From the NCBI RefSeq assembly GCF_963921235.1, contig NC_086108.1:84012001-84076000 (forward strand): DNA of 64,000 nt, read 5' to 3'. The notes under the pieces were generated by a model. The model worked only from the letters and a program-made list of their open reading frames with translations. It searched no databases and was not told where the DNA came from. The stretch is from Mobula hypostoma. Lineage: Eukaryota. How positions within the stretch are numbered: position 1 is the first letter of the stretch; each line of letters opens with the position of its first letter. The translations under genes were made by a program, and so were the position numbers. Shown here one piece after another: positions 14,445 to 28,639 of this stretch.

Positions 14445-15165
14445 TAAGATAGAGTCATGGTGCACTACAGCATAGAAACAGGCCTTTCAGCCCATCTAGT
14501 TTGTACTGAACTGTTATTATGCTTCGTCCCATCGACTATCCCCGGACAATAGCTCTCCATACTTTCCTATCTATATACTTAATCAAACATCCTTTAAATG
14601 TTGTCATCGAACCCACATTCATCACTTCTACTGGCAACTCGTTCTACATTCAACCACCCTCTGAGTGAACAAGTTCCCCTCAGGTTCCCCTTATGATTTT
14701 ATCAGCTCTATCAAATCTTTTCTCATTCTCCAATGCTCCACGAAATAAAGTCCTAACATATTCAACCTTTCCCCATAACTCAAAATCCCTATACATATTC
14801 TCAGTAACCTTACAATCTTAATATCTTTCTAAGCAAGTGATCAGAACTGCACACAGTACTCACCATCAGAACTGCGCACAGTACTCACCATCAGAACTGC
14901 GCACAGTACTCACCATCAGAACTGCGCACAGTACTCACCATCAGAACTGCGCACAGTACTCACCATCAGAACTGCGCACAGTACTCACCATCAGAACTGC
15001 GCACAGTACTCACCATCAGAACTGCGCACAGTACTCACCATCAGAACTGCGCACAGTACTCACCAGCATCTTATGCAACTTTATCAGAGCTTGCCAACTC
15101 CTATACTCAATACTCTGATTTATAAAAGCCAAAAGTTCTCTTTATGGCCCTATCTACCTGTGATG
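14445..15165 (-). mobile_element. CR1/HER1-type LINE 3' fragment hosting a minisatellite
   Basis: Similar to the young copy at 36937-37454 (cactacagcatagaaacaggcc..., aaataaagtcctaac..., cagaactgcacacagtac). Confidence 0.75.
14840..15064. repeat. Minisatellite, 9 x 25 bp (atcagaactgcgcacagtactcacc)
   Basis: Units 2-9 are identical; unit 1 differs at one base (gcacac). Confidence 0.97.
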
Positions 15166-15169
15166 CTGG

Positions 15170-15735
15170 TTCCTCGAGGTTGTTACAGCCAATGGTGGTA
15201 ATGGGGACGAGCTCCCACTACCTATTAAAAGCTCCCAATGGTGTGCGCCTCAAACAGTCTCTGACAACCAAGTCCAGCTCCTGGCCTTCATGTGTGGCTT
15301 AGCTACTCAGCTTACGGGAACCATTTCCACTGACGGGAAAAGGGGCAATGGCCAGTTACTGGCGCCTTAAAGCCAGTTGCTTAGGGCAGATGGAACTCGT
15401 CAGCTGTGGTTGACAACACATCTAGGCGAAGGAAAACTCTGATCTCAAACCTCCGCTGGCTTGTGGCTATATGCGCTCATGGGGAAGGCTTCAGGAGTAA
15501 ACTCCGAGGGAAGACTCCAGAGCTGGAGTCCCTGAGGTGGTCCTACGTTCAGTTCAGTGCTGACTGGCAACTCCTGCAATGCTTCTTATACCAAACTGTA
15601 TCGGTTTCTGCCGTTCCTTTGGGTTCATCAAATGCGTGGAGACAGTGAGCTTGCTCTCCATATCGTACTGCCCGGGCTTGCATATGGATGCAATATCCAT
15701 GGTCAACTCTGATCAGCGGAGGCCCTCACCTCACT
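15170..15735 (+). mobile_element. RTE-related non-autonomous element (5' UTR-like)
   Basis: Shares ctctgacaaccaagtccagctcctggcc with the reverse complements of 26940-27075 and 33275-33712. Confidence 0.65.
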
Positions 15736-15990
15736 TGTGATGCCACTTTTTAAGGAATTATGGATCTGTATTTCTAGATCCCTTTCTTCTACCACAATCC
15801 TTAGTGCCATACCATTCACTGTGTACGTCCTACCTTGGTTTGTCCTCTTAAAGTGAAGCACCTCACACTTGTCTGCATTAAATTCCAACTCCCATTTTCC
15901 AGTCCATTTTTCCAACTGGTCCAGATCCTGCAGCTAAGCTTTGAAAGCCTTCCTTGCTGTTCACCACACCTCCAATCTTGGTGCCATCGT
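15736..15990 (-). mobile_element. CR1-type LINE RT fragment
   Basis: ORF 15703-15915 reads EKWTGKWELEFNADKCEVLHF..EERDLEIQIHNSLK. Confidence 0.8.
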
Positions 15991-18900
15991 TAAACATCAT
16001 ATTTACATGACTGCTTTTTCTCTCTTTTCTCAATCTTAATTCAAAACCTTGAAATAATTCATAGAATCACAGCACAGTCTCGGTTCAACAAAATACCTCT
16101 AGGCATGTTCAGAAAACTCTAGGTATTTCTTGCACAGAGGAATGGAATACAGGTTAATCTGCTGATTGAGCACCCTGGGATTCCCTAGATATTACTCTCA
16201 AACTAATATATATTGTAGAAAGCTAATACATCAACCATACAACAATAAAGGCTCTGGATTCCAGGTGAAAAACTCCCATAATAATTATGATATCTGTATA
16301 ACAGATTGTCATCCTCTCAATTTTAAAACCAATTCAAAATTGACAGGATGACAGTTTTAGCCCAAATGTATTCCTATGTGGTGGTACTAAATACCCTGTG
16401 TGGCAGCATCAGTTCATTGCTGCTTTACATACAGTGTAATGCGCAAACATCAGTATGACTTGGGTGGACCTTCAAGGAACTGATCTTTAAATAAGGAATT
16501 GATCTTTAAATTAGGAACTGTGTGAAACATGGAACTTCTCAAAATCTATGGTCCTCCAACCACATTTTCTCATCATCAACATTCATTTAGATTGCAAAAT
16601 AATATTGTGCCCACTTCACTTATTGCAAATCTATTGCTAAGCACAAAGGATTTGTGTTCAGAATGGAGTAGGAATTTAAAACTGTTGTGCAAAGTGTCTC
16701 ATCCAAACAGGAACTGAATGCAGAAACTGAACAACCTGCTTGTTGCCTGTTCAGTCATACTTTGAACAAGATTTTGGCTATCTGCCCTAATCTTTTATGT
16801 ATTCAACTGTTGGATTCTGTTTGAAGTGTCCCACTGCAGTAACTTGGGATGTGTTACAAAGGATCCTATAAAAATGTTCAAACTGTTCAAATACAATAGA
16901 CCACAAATATTTTCTCGGGGGAAAAAGAAAGCTTCTAGGACAACGTTTTTCTTATTACTAGGGAAGATTAAAATAGATTACCATTTAATCCTCCTACTGC
17001 ATGATCTATAGAAAACATACAGGCAATGTGACAGAAGAATTATCAAAGTTTTAATCCATGCCCTCTTACAAGAAGGTGATGAATCTTTTTTGCATAGAAA
17101 TAATCAGGTAAATTCAAATGAGTGAAGTTGAAAATCACCCCAAAACTATGAATCACATCATTTGGTTTTAGTCCTTATCTCTCTCCTCAGCCACAAATGA
17201 TACATTGACATGACATGTGCAATAACATCTACCTGACCCCTTGTCAGCCATCCGCAGCCAACATCCTCTTCTTTTCCTACCTCCCGATGGATATATCAAT
17301 GCTGTTTGCGCTGACCTCCAAAAATCCTTATTATTTGACCCAATTTCAAACTCTGCTACCGACAACATAACTAAGGCGCATTACTAAACACACTCCACAC
17401 CTTTACTCTTTTTCTTAGAAAGGCCTTTGCTTTATCAATTCTTCCTTTTAAAAATCCTACCCCTGTGCCTTTCATCCTTGCTGTCATGCAATGCTTTTGA
17501 GAATCTCCTTATTCAGAATGTGAAGTCTTTGGCTTTTGGAACACTTGTCCATTTCTGGTGTCTGATGGTCACTGTTTCAATAGGAAAAACTGGTTCCCTG
17601 GATGGTGGGAAGGGAGGAGGTGAAAGGATAGATCTTGCACCTAGAGTCAAATAAACATTCAGCCTGGAAACAGGCCACTCAGCCCACACATCCACGCTCA
17701 CCAGTGGGAGCCCATCTGCACCAAATCTGTTTCCCAACACTTGGACCACACCTCCTTGATCAAAAAGTGTTGGAAACACTTAGCAGGTTGGGCAGCATCT
17801 GTGAGAAGGGAAATTGTTAATCTATCAGATCCAGGAACCTTCATCTGACCTGGAACATGTGGTTCTCATACAATTGGAGCCTCCTGCAGTTACATGGGAA
17901 ATAGCCATAAGTTGAGAATTGATGCACGGGAATGGAAGAATCATGCTTCTCGATTTCTGCTAGCTCCAACAAAATGCCACTGCCTCTCACATATCCCCTC
18001 CCCTTTCAGCATTTTGGAGGGATGATTCCCTTCACGACTCCCTGGTCAAATCTTCCGTTCTCATTTACAAAGGACCAATTTCCCCGCCTCTGTTGGGGGA
18101 TGCCCACAATACTATTTGAAACTGAAGATACTTCATAAAGTGAGTGAAAATGTTTCAGGATTTCCCTAACTCAGTTGCCCATATCCCACTTTTCTATGGA
18201 ATCCAGGAGTAAAGCATGATCCTGATCAGATTCTCAGCCTTTACTCCATGGAATCTGTGAAATGCCCTGATTCCACACAGGTTTTACTTGGTCAACAATC
18301 TTCAAACCTATTCAGTGGAGAAAGAGAAAAGTTAGTTATTCTTTTTCAAACATTTGATTTTAAATTTCTTACTTTTATTTTTTAATTATTTCTTTTAAAA
18401 TCATTTTTGGACTAAGAAGACAGCCAGTAAAAGATGGCTCTCATGTTATAATCCTTCAAAAAGTTTTTGTGGATGGGGCTTGTTCTAACTCATCCGTGAC
18501 ACACCTTTACATAAATCTAAGGCCCCAGCATTGCTTAGGATCTCACCAATCAGCTTGAGGTCGCACAGGCTTAGAAGAATGGGCTTCCGGTAAGTCTGGG
18601 GGAATAGTGAATGTGGGTGTGAGTTCAACATTTTTCAGTGTTAAAGTATCCTCTCCTGCACAACTTACAATCAGTATAGAATTGAAAGTTGACTTGAGTA
18701 ACCAGCCACTATCTTTCAATTGAGTTGTACAGATACTCCATCAACTGAAAAAAAATTAAGTAGAATATGTAGCTTCTAGGCCAGAAGTTCCCATTAGCAT
18801 CATAAGGAATTTATCCACTTAATGTGTCAACGTGGAACAAATGGAACCCCAGTCTTGCTTTAGCTCCTCATCACTTATTCAAAGGTAAAATGTAAATACA

Positions 18901-19364
18901 GTTTATATATATGGTACAAATTAATCCCCTGGATTTAACCAGCAGAATGCAGAAATATTGTTATTCTGGCACTCCCAATTTACAATGTGGTAATTTTATG
19001 GCAAAAAGAGGTCACTAATCTTGCCCTGTTCGCGGACATAGATTAAGTGACCTGCAACACGATGGGAGTCCAGACATGATGTGAAACATATGAGAAGGTG
19101 GAAAATCTTGACCTTGAACACCAATATTTCAGAACACAATGTACTTATGACCTTAATTCTGGGGGACAAATTGGTTTTTAGCCAACTTGTAAGGAAATAA
19201 TGAAGATTGTTGGCACATTAATTAAACTAGACTACTGTGTTTAGTACTTATAAGATCTGCATTCATCTCCGATGTATTACAGTATTGCACTCTTAGCTGT
19301 GTTTATATCGTCAGTCTTTTAACACTATATGAACTAGTTAGATGTACAAGTGATGTGCTCAAGG

Positions 19365-19960
19365 GGAGATTCCCAGCATAAATCCTGGAGCTGGAGTAAA
19401 TAATTTGTCCTGGTGCAACCACTTTATGACACTATGATCAAGAAGTGAAAGCAGTTTTGGCATGCCCCCGCTGACTCTTGCCAATTTGTACAGATGCACT
19501 CTAGAAAGCATTCTATACAGAATCATCAAGCGTGGTATTTGAAGAGAGTTGTGAACACAACCCAGTCTATCTTTTAAACCAGCTTCCCCTCCATTAATTC
19601 TGGCCACAATTGCTGAGGTCTTAGGAAATTAGAAAACATTATCAACGACCACTCCCAATCCTGACATTATCTCTTCTCACTCCCTTCCATTAAACAGAAA
19701 ATACAAAAGGTTGAAAGCACACACTACCAGATTCAAGGATGGCTTCTATCTGCTGTTATAAGACTAATGAATGGACCTCTTGTCTGACAAAGATGAACTC
19801 TTTACTTCACAGAACCTTGTCATGGCCCTTGCACCTGATCTTTAATTGTAACACTATTGTATAGTCTGCATTGTTAGTGATCTATCACTTGTACCATCTC
19901 AATGCACTGGTATTTTAAAATGATCTGTGTGGATGACATACAAAATGAAGTTTTTCATAG
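19365..19960 (+). mobile_element. Highly degenerate Rex1-type LINE 3' fragment
   Basis: aatttgtacagatgcactctagaaagcattcta and accagattcaaggatggcttcta resemble the other Rex-type copies. Confidence 0.55.
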
Positions 19961-22900
19961 TAGGTGAGCACATGTGGAAAATTTGTAGGCTGGTAAACAT
20001 TCCATCCATTGATAAACTTCATGATTCAGAGACATTTGTGCTGAAGACTAGGAAATTCATTCTGGTTTTCAAATCTTCAGTCCTCTACCTCTATTGGCTC
20101 CTCCGTTTCACATCCATTCAAGATATCTGCACTATTCCAATTCTGGCCTCTCTAGCATTCTCACCTTTAATTGTTTCACTACTCAGAGTTGTGCCTTCAG
20201 TTGCTGAGTTACTAAATGTTGGAATTTATTCCTTAAATCCTCTGCGTCCCTGATTTACATTTTGCTGAAACCTACTTTTTTGACCAGATTTTTACTCAAT
20301 TGCTCAATTATTTTAATGCGTGGAGTGATAGCAATATATTTTATTTGAAATGCCTTAGTATATTTTCAGTGCATTAAAATGCTCTGTGGGGTTGTTGAGC
20401 AGATTAAAAATGGCTTGCAGAAACAGGCTTGAAAACTGTGGTTCTGAACAATTAATCTTAAACATGTTCCTTAAGTATACACACTTTTACCATAATTGTT
20501 GATCCTGGCGGGAATGCTACATTTCCTCTCCGTTAACCCACTAATTAAAACGGTTAATAGTTGTGGTTTAAAATCTCAGCAACTGTCACCTGCAGTCTTC
20601 TATAGTTCGACTAGTAAATCTCTTTTCACCTGTGGAGTTTTATGAATGCTTGCCACCAATTCTGCCAAGAAGCAACTCTTTTTGATAAATATTTCCGGAG
20701 TTAGGGCAGTTCCATTGAATTACTGCATTAGACAATTTCTAATTTTCCTAATTTATTTTCTGCGAACTTTCCTCCACTGAGGTGTTTTTTTTAGAGGTTC
20801 GACAATCTACAGCTCTATATTCAAAAAGTCAGGAAGTTAAATTAACCAGAATGATTCTTTTGCAAATAGTGTAGACTCGATAGGCTGAATAGCCCACCTA
20901 TGTCATAATCATACTCCCATATCTAACATTCATTGCATTTCATCAAAAACACAATGTATTCTGAATCTTCCCCAGATGTTCTTTCATTTACTGTTAATCC
21001 AAAAACCTCTTCCTTTTATCTCTATTACTCCCTGCTCCAATTTTCTTTGTTACACTAATACATTTGCAAGGTCTTTGTTTCCTTTCCCATCCATCAAAGA
21101 GTTCTTGATAATAAGTTCTCGAAGCAATATCTGAATGGACAAAGCAGTACAAATCTCTTTTAAATTGATGCAGTAGCAATGCACTTACTTAAAGGAGGCT
21201 TTACTGCAATGTGAGCTCCCACTCAAAGATTTCACAAAGGAACATTGCATTGTGTCACTGCAGAAAACTGATATGGAAATTTTCACTCAACAAGGTGAAT
21301 ATGCCATTAATGAGAATACGTGGCTAGATACCATTTACTTAACCTCCATTCATGTGTACATGGATCTTGTTTCCTGCCTGCAACATAATGATGTACCTGT
21401 ACAGAAAGATCAATAATGTGCAAGAGTGACATTTTAATTGGATATTTTTAACCAATCATCATTCTGCAAGGCGATATGCAATAAGAGTCACTGGAAGTTT
21501 ACTCTCCATAAGCATATATAAGTAATAAAATATAAGTATGTTAGGCTCAGCTTACCTAGCACATTAAGCAAATTTTGAATTTTACAGGATTTCAGAAACA
21601 TGACACTCAATTCACAAAAAAGGAACATTTACCCTCTGCTAATTTAATCAGTTCTACATGAGTTTAGAGATCTGTAGCCTCCATTCATGGGATTGCGCTT
21701 TTCTGGATATTTACAATAGTTTGTAATAGTAGATAATTTGAAGTTATATTAGGTCATATTGTAAACTTGGACTCATAAAATTTTCAGTGAATCATTTGTG
21801 AGTTATTGATTATTTCCACTTAAAGTGTTAGTCTGAGAATTTGCTGTATGGCACATGAGGTTCCAATTTATTAAGTTGTAAATGTATTAAGTGCATGACT
21901 TTATGGAATTATTAAACATTGTTAGCTCTCCCCTCCCCCAATTATATAGAGTGAGTTGTTGTTTTACAATAGGTAAAGTTCTTCACTATGTACAAGTTCC
22001 AAGTTTCTAAATTCAAGGTAAGGGATAAAGTGCACATAAATTAAAATGTAACTTTTTTACTGCCATCTGGGAATTTAAGATATATAATAAATATGCTAAA
22101 GGAAAAAAAAGCAGAAAAGTGGATGGTTTATTGGTTCAACCTTTTGAGGCTAAAGTTTTATTGCACCATGCTATGTGGAACCTGTAGTAATAACAAAAAC
22201 TGAAATGGCAAAACACATTTAAATATACGTTCCAAAAGTAAGTTGCTTCACACAAGGTCTTCGAACCACTCTGATGAAATTTTAAATATTATATTTTAGA
22301 CTAGTTTGAATGAGATTATGCAAAATATTTCAACCACTTGTCTGAGTTTGCATATTTTTACATGTTGTTACGGAGTCTTCACTGAAGCTTGGTGTTGTTC
22401 GTAAGGTAATAAAATTGTCAAACTTGTTAATTCTGATTGGAATATGTTGAGGATTACTAGGGAATTCTACACTCTAAGTAGGAGTAGATTACAGGTTAAT
22501 ATCTGTATGAAGAGGAATGTCACTCAGGCATGTAAGCAAACTAATTCCTGAGTGAAGGGTATTTATTGGCTACTTGACACGATGTATGGTCTTTACTGAA
22601 GAATAGGCCAAGAGGTCTTTGAGGTACAACTGGTAAGTGCTGGCTTCTTGAAGGCAGGAGTTTTCAACCATTTCCATTGAATTACAATCACAAAATGAAA
22701 TATTTTGTACTGTGGCCTTAATATCATCTGTGACAGGCATTATTTTAATTGCAAAAGCCGTAATACTGCTTCAGAGTATATTAGAGTTTCAGCTGTAGAA
22801 TCTGCCCTATCCATTACTCTATGAATAAAGACAATCATCAATATTATGTAAAAAATAAGCTTTTCAGAACTTTAGAGTGCTAAATATGGAAATGAGACAG

Positions 22901-24822
22901 GCCAGATTAGAAAAGTTATATTGAAGCAGTTGTTGTGCATCAGAGTGGTCATATAAGTTTTATAATAGGCCTTCCTGTACTGTGACTGGGGAGGAAAAAG
23001 ACCCAGCCTCTCCTCATTTCTTATCTACTAGTGAACAATTCAGCTGCAGCACAATGACCAAACTGAAGTTTGTCCTCACTGGAAAGCCTGTTGGAGCTTA
23101 AGTGCTATATTGCAATGAGAAGGATTGAGAAAAGTACTGGGACAAAACGAAGCAGGCTTTGGACCAAAGCTGAGTCTGTCGTGGACCTACCTGTCAAGAT
23201 CACAGCTTGCATTGTCTACCCATATCTTGTAAATGTCAGATGGAGATAAATTTCTGAGAGTAGTCAAACTTCAATTAAATTCTCCACCGACATTCTTGAT
23301 TCAAAGACTGAAGGTCTAAAGAGGCCATGGAAAATGATTGCTGCTGCTCTCTGCAGTTTTCTTGGAGTTGTCATTGTGATCTTTCTTCCACAGGGACAGA
23401 ATCCAGACTGTGAAGCACTTTTTTGGTCACTGAAATTCCTCTGAAATTCCTGTGGCAAGCAGCATGGACTTATATTTAATGACACTGTATGTGAACCTTC
23501 TTTTGCAGAAGGTCACAACTGTGGTATTTCTGGTGTCCTCTGACACATCCTTCTCTTGTCAAGTGTGGGCATTGGGCTTATGGATTTGTGCCTTTAGAAC
23601 TCCACCACAAGTACTGTCTGCTCCCTAGGCCTTATTATTTTTAAACTGACATTCAATCCTTTGATTTCTTTGTCATTCTGCTCTGGTGGCTAGACTAAAA
23701 TCAGCTGTGAGGCTAAATCAAATGTTGTTGGAATGGTACAATAAACCAAGTGACTCATGGGAATTCCTGTTCTACAGCTGTTAAACGTTCAGAAAGAGTA
23801 CCTAGGATGGCATTAACAATCTCAGATTCCTTCACTGAGTGCAACCAAATCCATTCACAGGTAGTGGAAGAAACCCAGCACTACCCAACCTCCCTATCTG
23901 CACCTATGATCAAGTACCTCCTGCCCCATATTCATTCCATTGTGCTAATTTCATACTGACTTCAGTAGCTACTTCAGAACTGACAGAACAGAAGTGAAAG
24001 CAAGGCATCTTTGAGCAGCAAGAAACCACCTGAAGCAGATTTTGCATTTTGTGTTGACAGGTGTGGCATTCAGGAACAGACAACACCCGAGTATGACATC
24101 CGCATACTTATTCTCCAATTCACAGATGCTGATAATTTACAGAACAAGACCTGGGGATAGAGGGGGTGGTGGAAGTGAAGGCATGTACATGGAAACACAT
24201 AAGATAGGAACAGAAAATTCTTGACAATAGGAAGATATCAATGGCGTGTGTGTATGAACACAAACCCTCCCTCCTTTTTTCCCCACTACTCAGATTTTCC
24301 AATACTTTTAAAAAATGTATGCTTACCTTTGAGTTTTTAATCCTGAAAACATTTTCAGTGTTTTCAGTTTACAGATTCAGATTATGCGGCTGTGTTATTT
24401 CCAGAATTTGCTACCTTTGTTTCAGGTTTTCAACTAAAGGTAGATCCTTATCCCAGGTTAATCTATTGTTGCATATTTCAGAACTTTATGTGAAGACAGG
24501 TCAAAGACTATGATGGCAAGTTCATTGCAAATGACACTGAAGGAAAAGCTGGGCAGCTCAGACTGTAGCAGAAGTGTTCTGCACACCACCCCAACCTCCT
24601 TCATCATTGTGCCCCCCCACACTACATTTCTTCAAAGGCTACAGATAGATCAAAATGTCTTTTGAACTTTTCCAATGGCTAAAAGATATTTTAGTTCTGT
24701 ATTCATTCTCTTGCCTTTAACTTTTACATGCATTTAAATTACAACTACACAACAGTTTTCTGATGCAATGATTTGTCACATATTAAAGCTAGCAATAGAA
24801 ATATCGCTTGCAAAGTTAATAT

Positions 24823-27075
24823 TAGTGCGACCCTCCATTGTTCAAGGACGACCTTGGATGCTGCGTCTTAGCTATCTACACAGTCGGCGCAGTGCCGTCT
24901 GTGGCTGGCGAGACCAATGCGAGAGTGGCAGTCTCTGTTGCGAAGTTTCAGAAGTTTCACAAGTTTTCTGATGACTCTGCCATAGTTGGATGCATCAGCA
25001 AGGGAGATGAGGCTGAGTACAGGGCTACGGTAGGAAACTTTGTCACATGGTGTGAGCAGAATTATCTGCAGCTTAATGTGAAAAAGACTAAGGAGCTGGT
25101 GGTAGATCTGAGGAGAGCTAAGTCACCGGTGACCCCTGTTTCCATCCAGGGAGTCAGTGTGGACATGGTGGAGGATTACAAATACCTGGAGATACAAATT
25201 GCCAATAAACTGGACTGGTCAAAGAACACTGAGGCTGTCTACAAGAAGGGTCAGAGCCGTCTCTATTTCCTGAGGAGACTGAGGTCCTTTAACGTCTGTC
25301 GGACGATGCTGAGGATGTTCTACGAGTCTGTGGTGGCCAGTGCGATCATGTTTGCTGTTGTGTGGTGGGGCAGCAGGCTGAGGGTAGCACATACCAACAG
25401 AATCAACAAACTCATTCGTAAGGCCAGTGATGTTGTGGGGATGGAACTGGACTCTCTGACGGTGGTGTCTGAAAAGAGGATGCTGTCCAAGTTGCATGCC
25501 ATCTTGGACAAGTACATAATGTACTGGTTGGGCACAGGAGTACATTCAGCCAGAGACTCATTCCACCGAGATGCAACACAGAGCATCATAGGAAGTCATT
25601 CCTGCCTGTGGCCATCAAACTTTTCAACTCCTCCCTTGGAGGGTCAGACACCCTGAGCCAATAAGCTGGTCCTGGACTTATTTCCTGGCATAATTTACAT
25701 ATTACTATTTAATTATTTATGGTTTTATTACTATTTAATTATTTATGGTGCAACTGTAATGAAAACCAATTTCCCCCGGGATCAATAAAGTATGACTATG
25801 ACTATGACAACTATACTATGAAGGTCACATCTATGAACCCATTTGCCTTCTGCTGCTTTCAAGAATTTTTCCCCATCTGACTTAAGGTGTTGTTTCAGGG
25901 TGCTTGTCCATCTGGTGTGGTTGGCTGCAAGTTCCTCCCAGAACTCAATGTTGATGTCCAGCACCCTCACGCCCCGCTTGCAGACATTCTTGTAGTGCAG
26001 TTGCAGGCTGCCAGTGATTCTCTTGCCTGAAACCAGCTCACCACAGAGGATGTCTTTTGGGATGCGGCCATCTTGCACACGGCAGACACGGCTCAGCCTA
26101 TGCTGCCCAAGCAGGGTGTATGCGCTAGGGAGGTCAGCATAGGAGAGAACATCGGCTTTGGGCACTCTGTCTCTCCAGAAGATGCCCAAGATGTGACGAA
26201 AGCACCTTAAATGGAAGGTGTAGAGTCTTACCTCCTGCTTAGCATTTGTTGTCCAGGTCTTGCCGCTGTACAGTAGTGTGCTGGTGACACAGGTGTTACA
26301 CACTGCCATTTTTGTTTTGAATGAGAGTTTGGAATTCTTGCAGACTTGCGTGGTGAGGCATGCAAAAGTTGTTGAAGCCTTCCCAATGCACTTGTCGGAT
26401 TTCTGCATCCAAGGAAAGGATGTAACTAATAATGGATCCCAGGTATGTGAACTGATGGAAAACATCCATTTTTTAGTTATCAATGGTAATGACTGGTGGT
26501 GCCTCCACATCTTGTCCCAAGACATTTGCTTCTTTCAGGCTGATAGTCAGACCAAATTCCTTGCAGGCCTGCGAGAAGAAATCCACCAGTCTCTGGAGGT
26601 GCTGCGGAGTGTTGGTTGCAACTGCTGCAACATCAGCAAACAGCATGTCTCTGATCATAGCTTCACACACTTTGGTTTGGGTCCTTCGGCAGGTGAGGTT
26701 AAAAAGCCTGCCTTCCGATCTAGTGTGGAGGTAGATCCTCTCTGTTGCTGGGCCAAATGCTTGCCTCAGGAGAAGGGAAAAGAAGATCCCGAAGAGTGTT
26801 GGGTTGAGAACACAGCCTTCCTTTATGCCGCTGATTATGTCAAAGGGCTGCCACTTTCATGTTATTGTGCTCTGTGGTCATGGCAGGCAGACTACCTTAG
26901 AGAGGATCTGAAAGAACCTGTCTCTGCTGACCAAGTCAAACGCCATTGTCCTTTCACCTACCAATAGAAGCTGTTCTGCCAGCCTTAGTAGCTAATCCAC
27001 ACATGACGGCCAGGAGCTGGACTTGGTTGTCAGAGGCTATTTGAGACGCACATCACTGGGAGCATTTAATAGGTA
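24823..27075 (-). mobile_element. RTE-clade LINE, internally deleted, interrupted by a Rex1-type insertion
   Basis: Minus-strand ORFs 26473-26670 (DMLFADVAA) and 25782-26525 (LYSGKTWT, FHLRCFRHILGIFWRDRV, DGRIPKDIL). The C-terminal C2H2 segment HRCDL|RNRDCHSRIGLASHRRHC is split across the insertion. 5' UTR-like piece at 26940-27075. Confidence 0.85.
24946..25819 (+). mobile_element. Young 5'-truncated Rex1/Babar-type LINE
   Basis: Largely open RT C-terminal frame (KFSDDSAIVGCI..WCEQNYLQLNVKKTKELVVDLRR..QSRLYFLRRLRSF), aataaag plus (tatgac)n tail, and gaag at both junctions (24942-24945, 25820-25823). Confidence 0.88.
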
Positions 27076-27986
27076 TACTCTTTCCCCCTGCGCCCCCCCC
27101 CGCACCACTTCCAGCTATGATAAGCTTAAACAATCAAAGCTAATATTAAAACCTATTATAAATATTAAACTCTAGCCTATTTTTTGAAGAGCACATTATG
27201 CTGACCAGAATATGGCCTAAGTTGCTCTCATTTTTAGTTTCACACTAGGTTTCTGAATATCATCCTACATGCATTCCTTAACGATGTAAAATAAATATTG
27301 AGAGCTACATTCAAGTATACGATTCTACTCATTTTTGAGCAAGGGACTGAAGACACTGATCTACAGAGTCGGCCAAGTCTTGATAGCCTCTTCCTATGTT
27401 GTAGCAACTCGACAATTCCATGACTTTATTCCTTCCAGTATGTGTAAGTTGATTGTTTAAACTACTGTCTTGCTATTTGGTATAATATATATACCATCCT
27501 GGTAACCAGCTTCAAGAAGTAATTGAATTGGTTGCATTCAAAGTTTGCAATATTCAGAACTACATGTCACTGATTCCTCTAAAACACATTACACCATGCA
27601 TGATATTTCTCAGAAAAAGGGTAGTGGATTGGCCACCAATGAATGAAATTGTCTTGGCTAATCCTTGCACAAGGCAAAATTTGACGAGCAGTTTGACCTA
27701 CTATCTCATCCCACCACACCCAAGAGTTTAAGGTTCTCCTAATTGCTAGTTCACAGAACATTTAATAATTTAGTGTAGTTCTATTCTCAGTAGTGGCTTA
27801 CACATTAAAGGAAGTTATTATATCTTAGTTGGGGAGATAGCAGCAAAATTACCTGTTAAACCATAAGGCAAGAATTCCCCAAAGGCTGTAATTATCCAAA
27901 TTATGTCCCAAATTACTATGTGTACAACATTTCCTAAAATGAGATGCATATCTTTCAATGATATTGTACGTTAAAAGGCGAATATA

Positions 27987-28639
27987 TTATTTCTAAGGTA
28001 TTAAATATAGATATCTCTCCTCACCTTATTACTGCTATCTTTGGACTACCTAAAATTTCTAGTAATCTTTCCCCTTCAGCCCGTAGAATGATTGCATTTC
28101 TTACTTTAATGGCGAAAAGATGTATTTTACAACATTGGAAAGAGCTTAATGCTCCAACTACCTTTTTTTGGTTCTCTCAGACGATTTTATGTTTGAATCT
28201 GGAGAAAATTAGAAGTAACCTTTATGATTCTTCATTTAAATTTGAACAGATTTGGGGACCTTTTATTCGATATTTTCATTTAATGTAACATATACCCTTC
28301 TTGTTTTTTTTTCCACTGTTTTTAATGGAGGTCGGGATTGAGGACGTGATTTTAAGTTTAACTCTGTTTGGTTTCAAGTTAGCCCATTGCTTTGCTTTGC
28401 TTTTAGTTAGTTGCACGGTGGGTTTTTTTTGGGGTTTTTTTTTCTTTTTTTCTATTGATATATATAAAATTTAGTATACTATTATGTTATCTTGGTTTCT
28501 TATGTTTAAATTACATTGTTTGTAGTATTTTTTTTGGTATTGATACCTTCTGGAATTTTATTATATTTTAACATTGTATTAATGTTTATATGGCTTACCT
28601 TTTTGTATACTTATTCAATAAAAAGATTTAAAAAGAAAG
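27987..28639 (+). mobile_element. 5'-truncated L1-clade LINE, same family as 715-1326
   Basis: ORF 28088-28288 is highly similar to ORF 1095-1331. 15-bp TSD taaaaggcgaatata at 27972-27986 and 28640-28654, at a TTAAAA site. Confidence 0.88.

Noticed and set aside
14840..15064. Regular repeat array resembling CRISPR
   Set aside because: Head-to-tail units without spacers, LINE-derived, in a vertebrate context.
23264..23485. Cys-containing minus-strand ORF (SPCCLP..FCPCG), and similar short ORFs at 34452-34664 and 39232-39456
   Set aside because: No recognisable family or convincing splice-site context; lengths are within chance expectation.
24838..25656. Longest ORF (272 aa) as a host gene
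   Set aside because: It is a chimera of antisense RTE and Rex1-type RT sequence, fully explained by a nested insertion.
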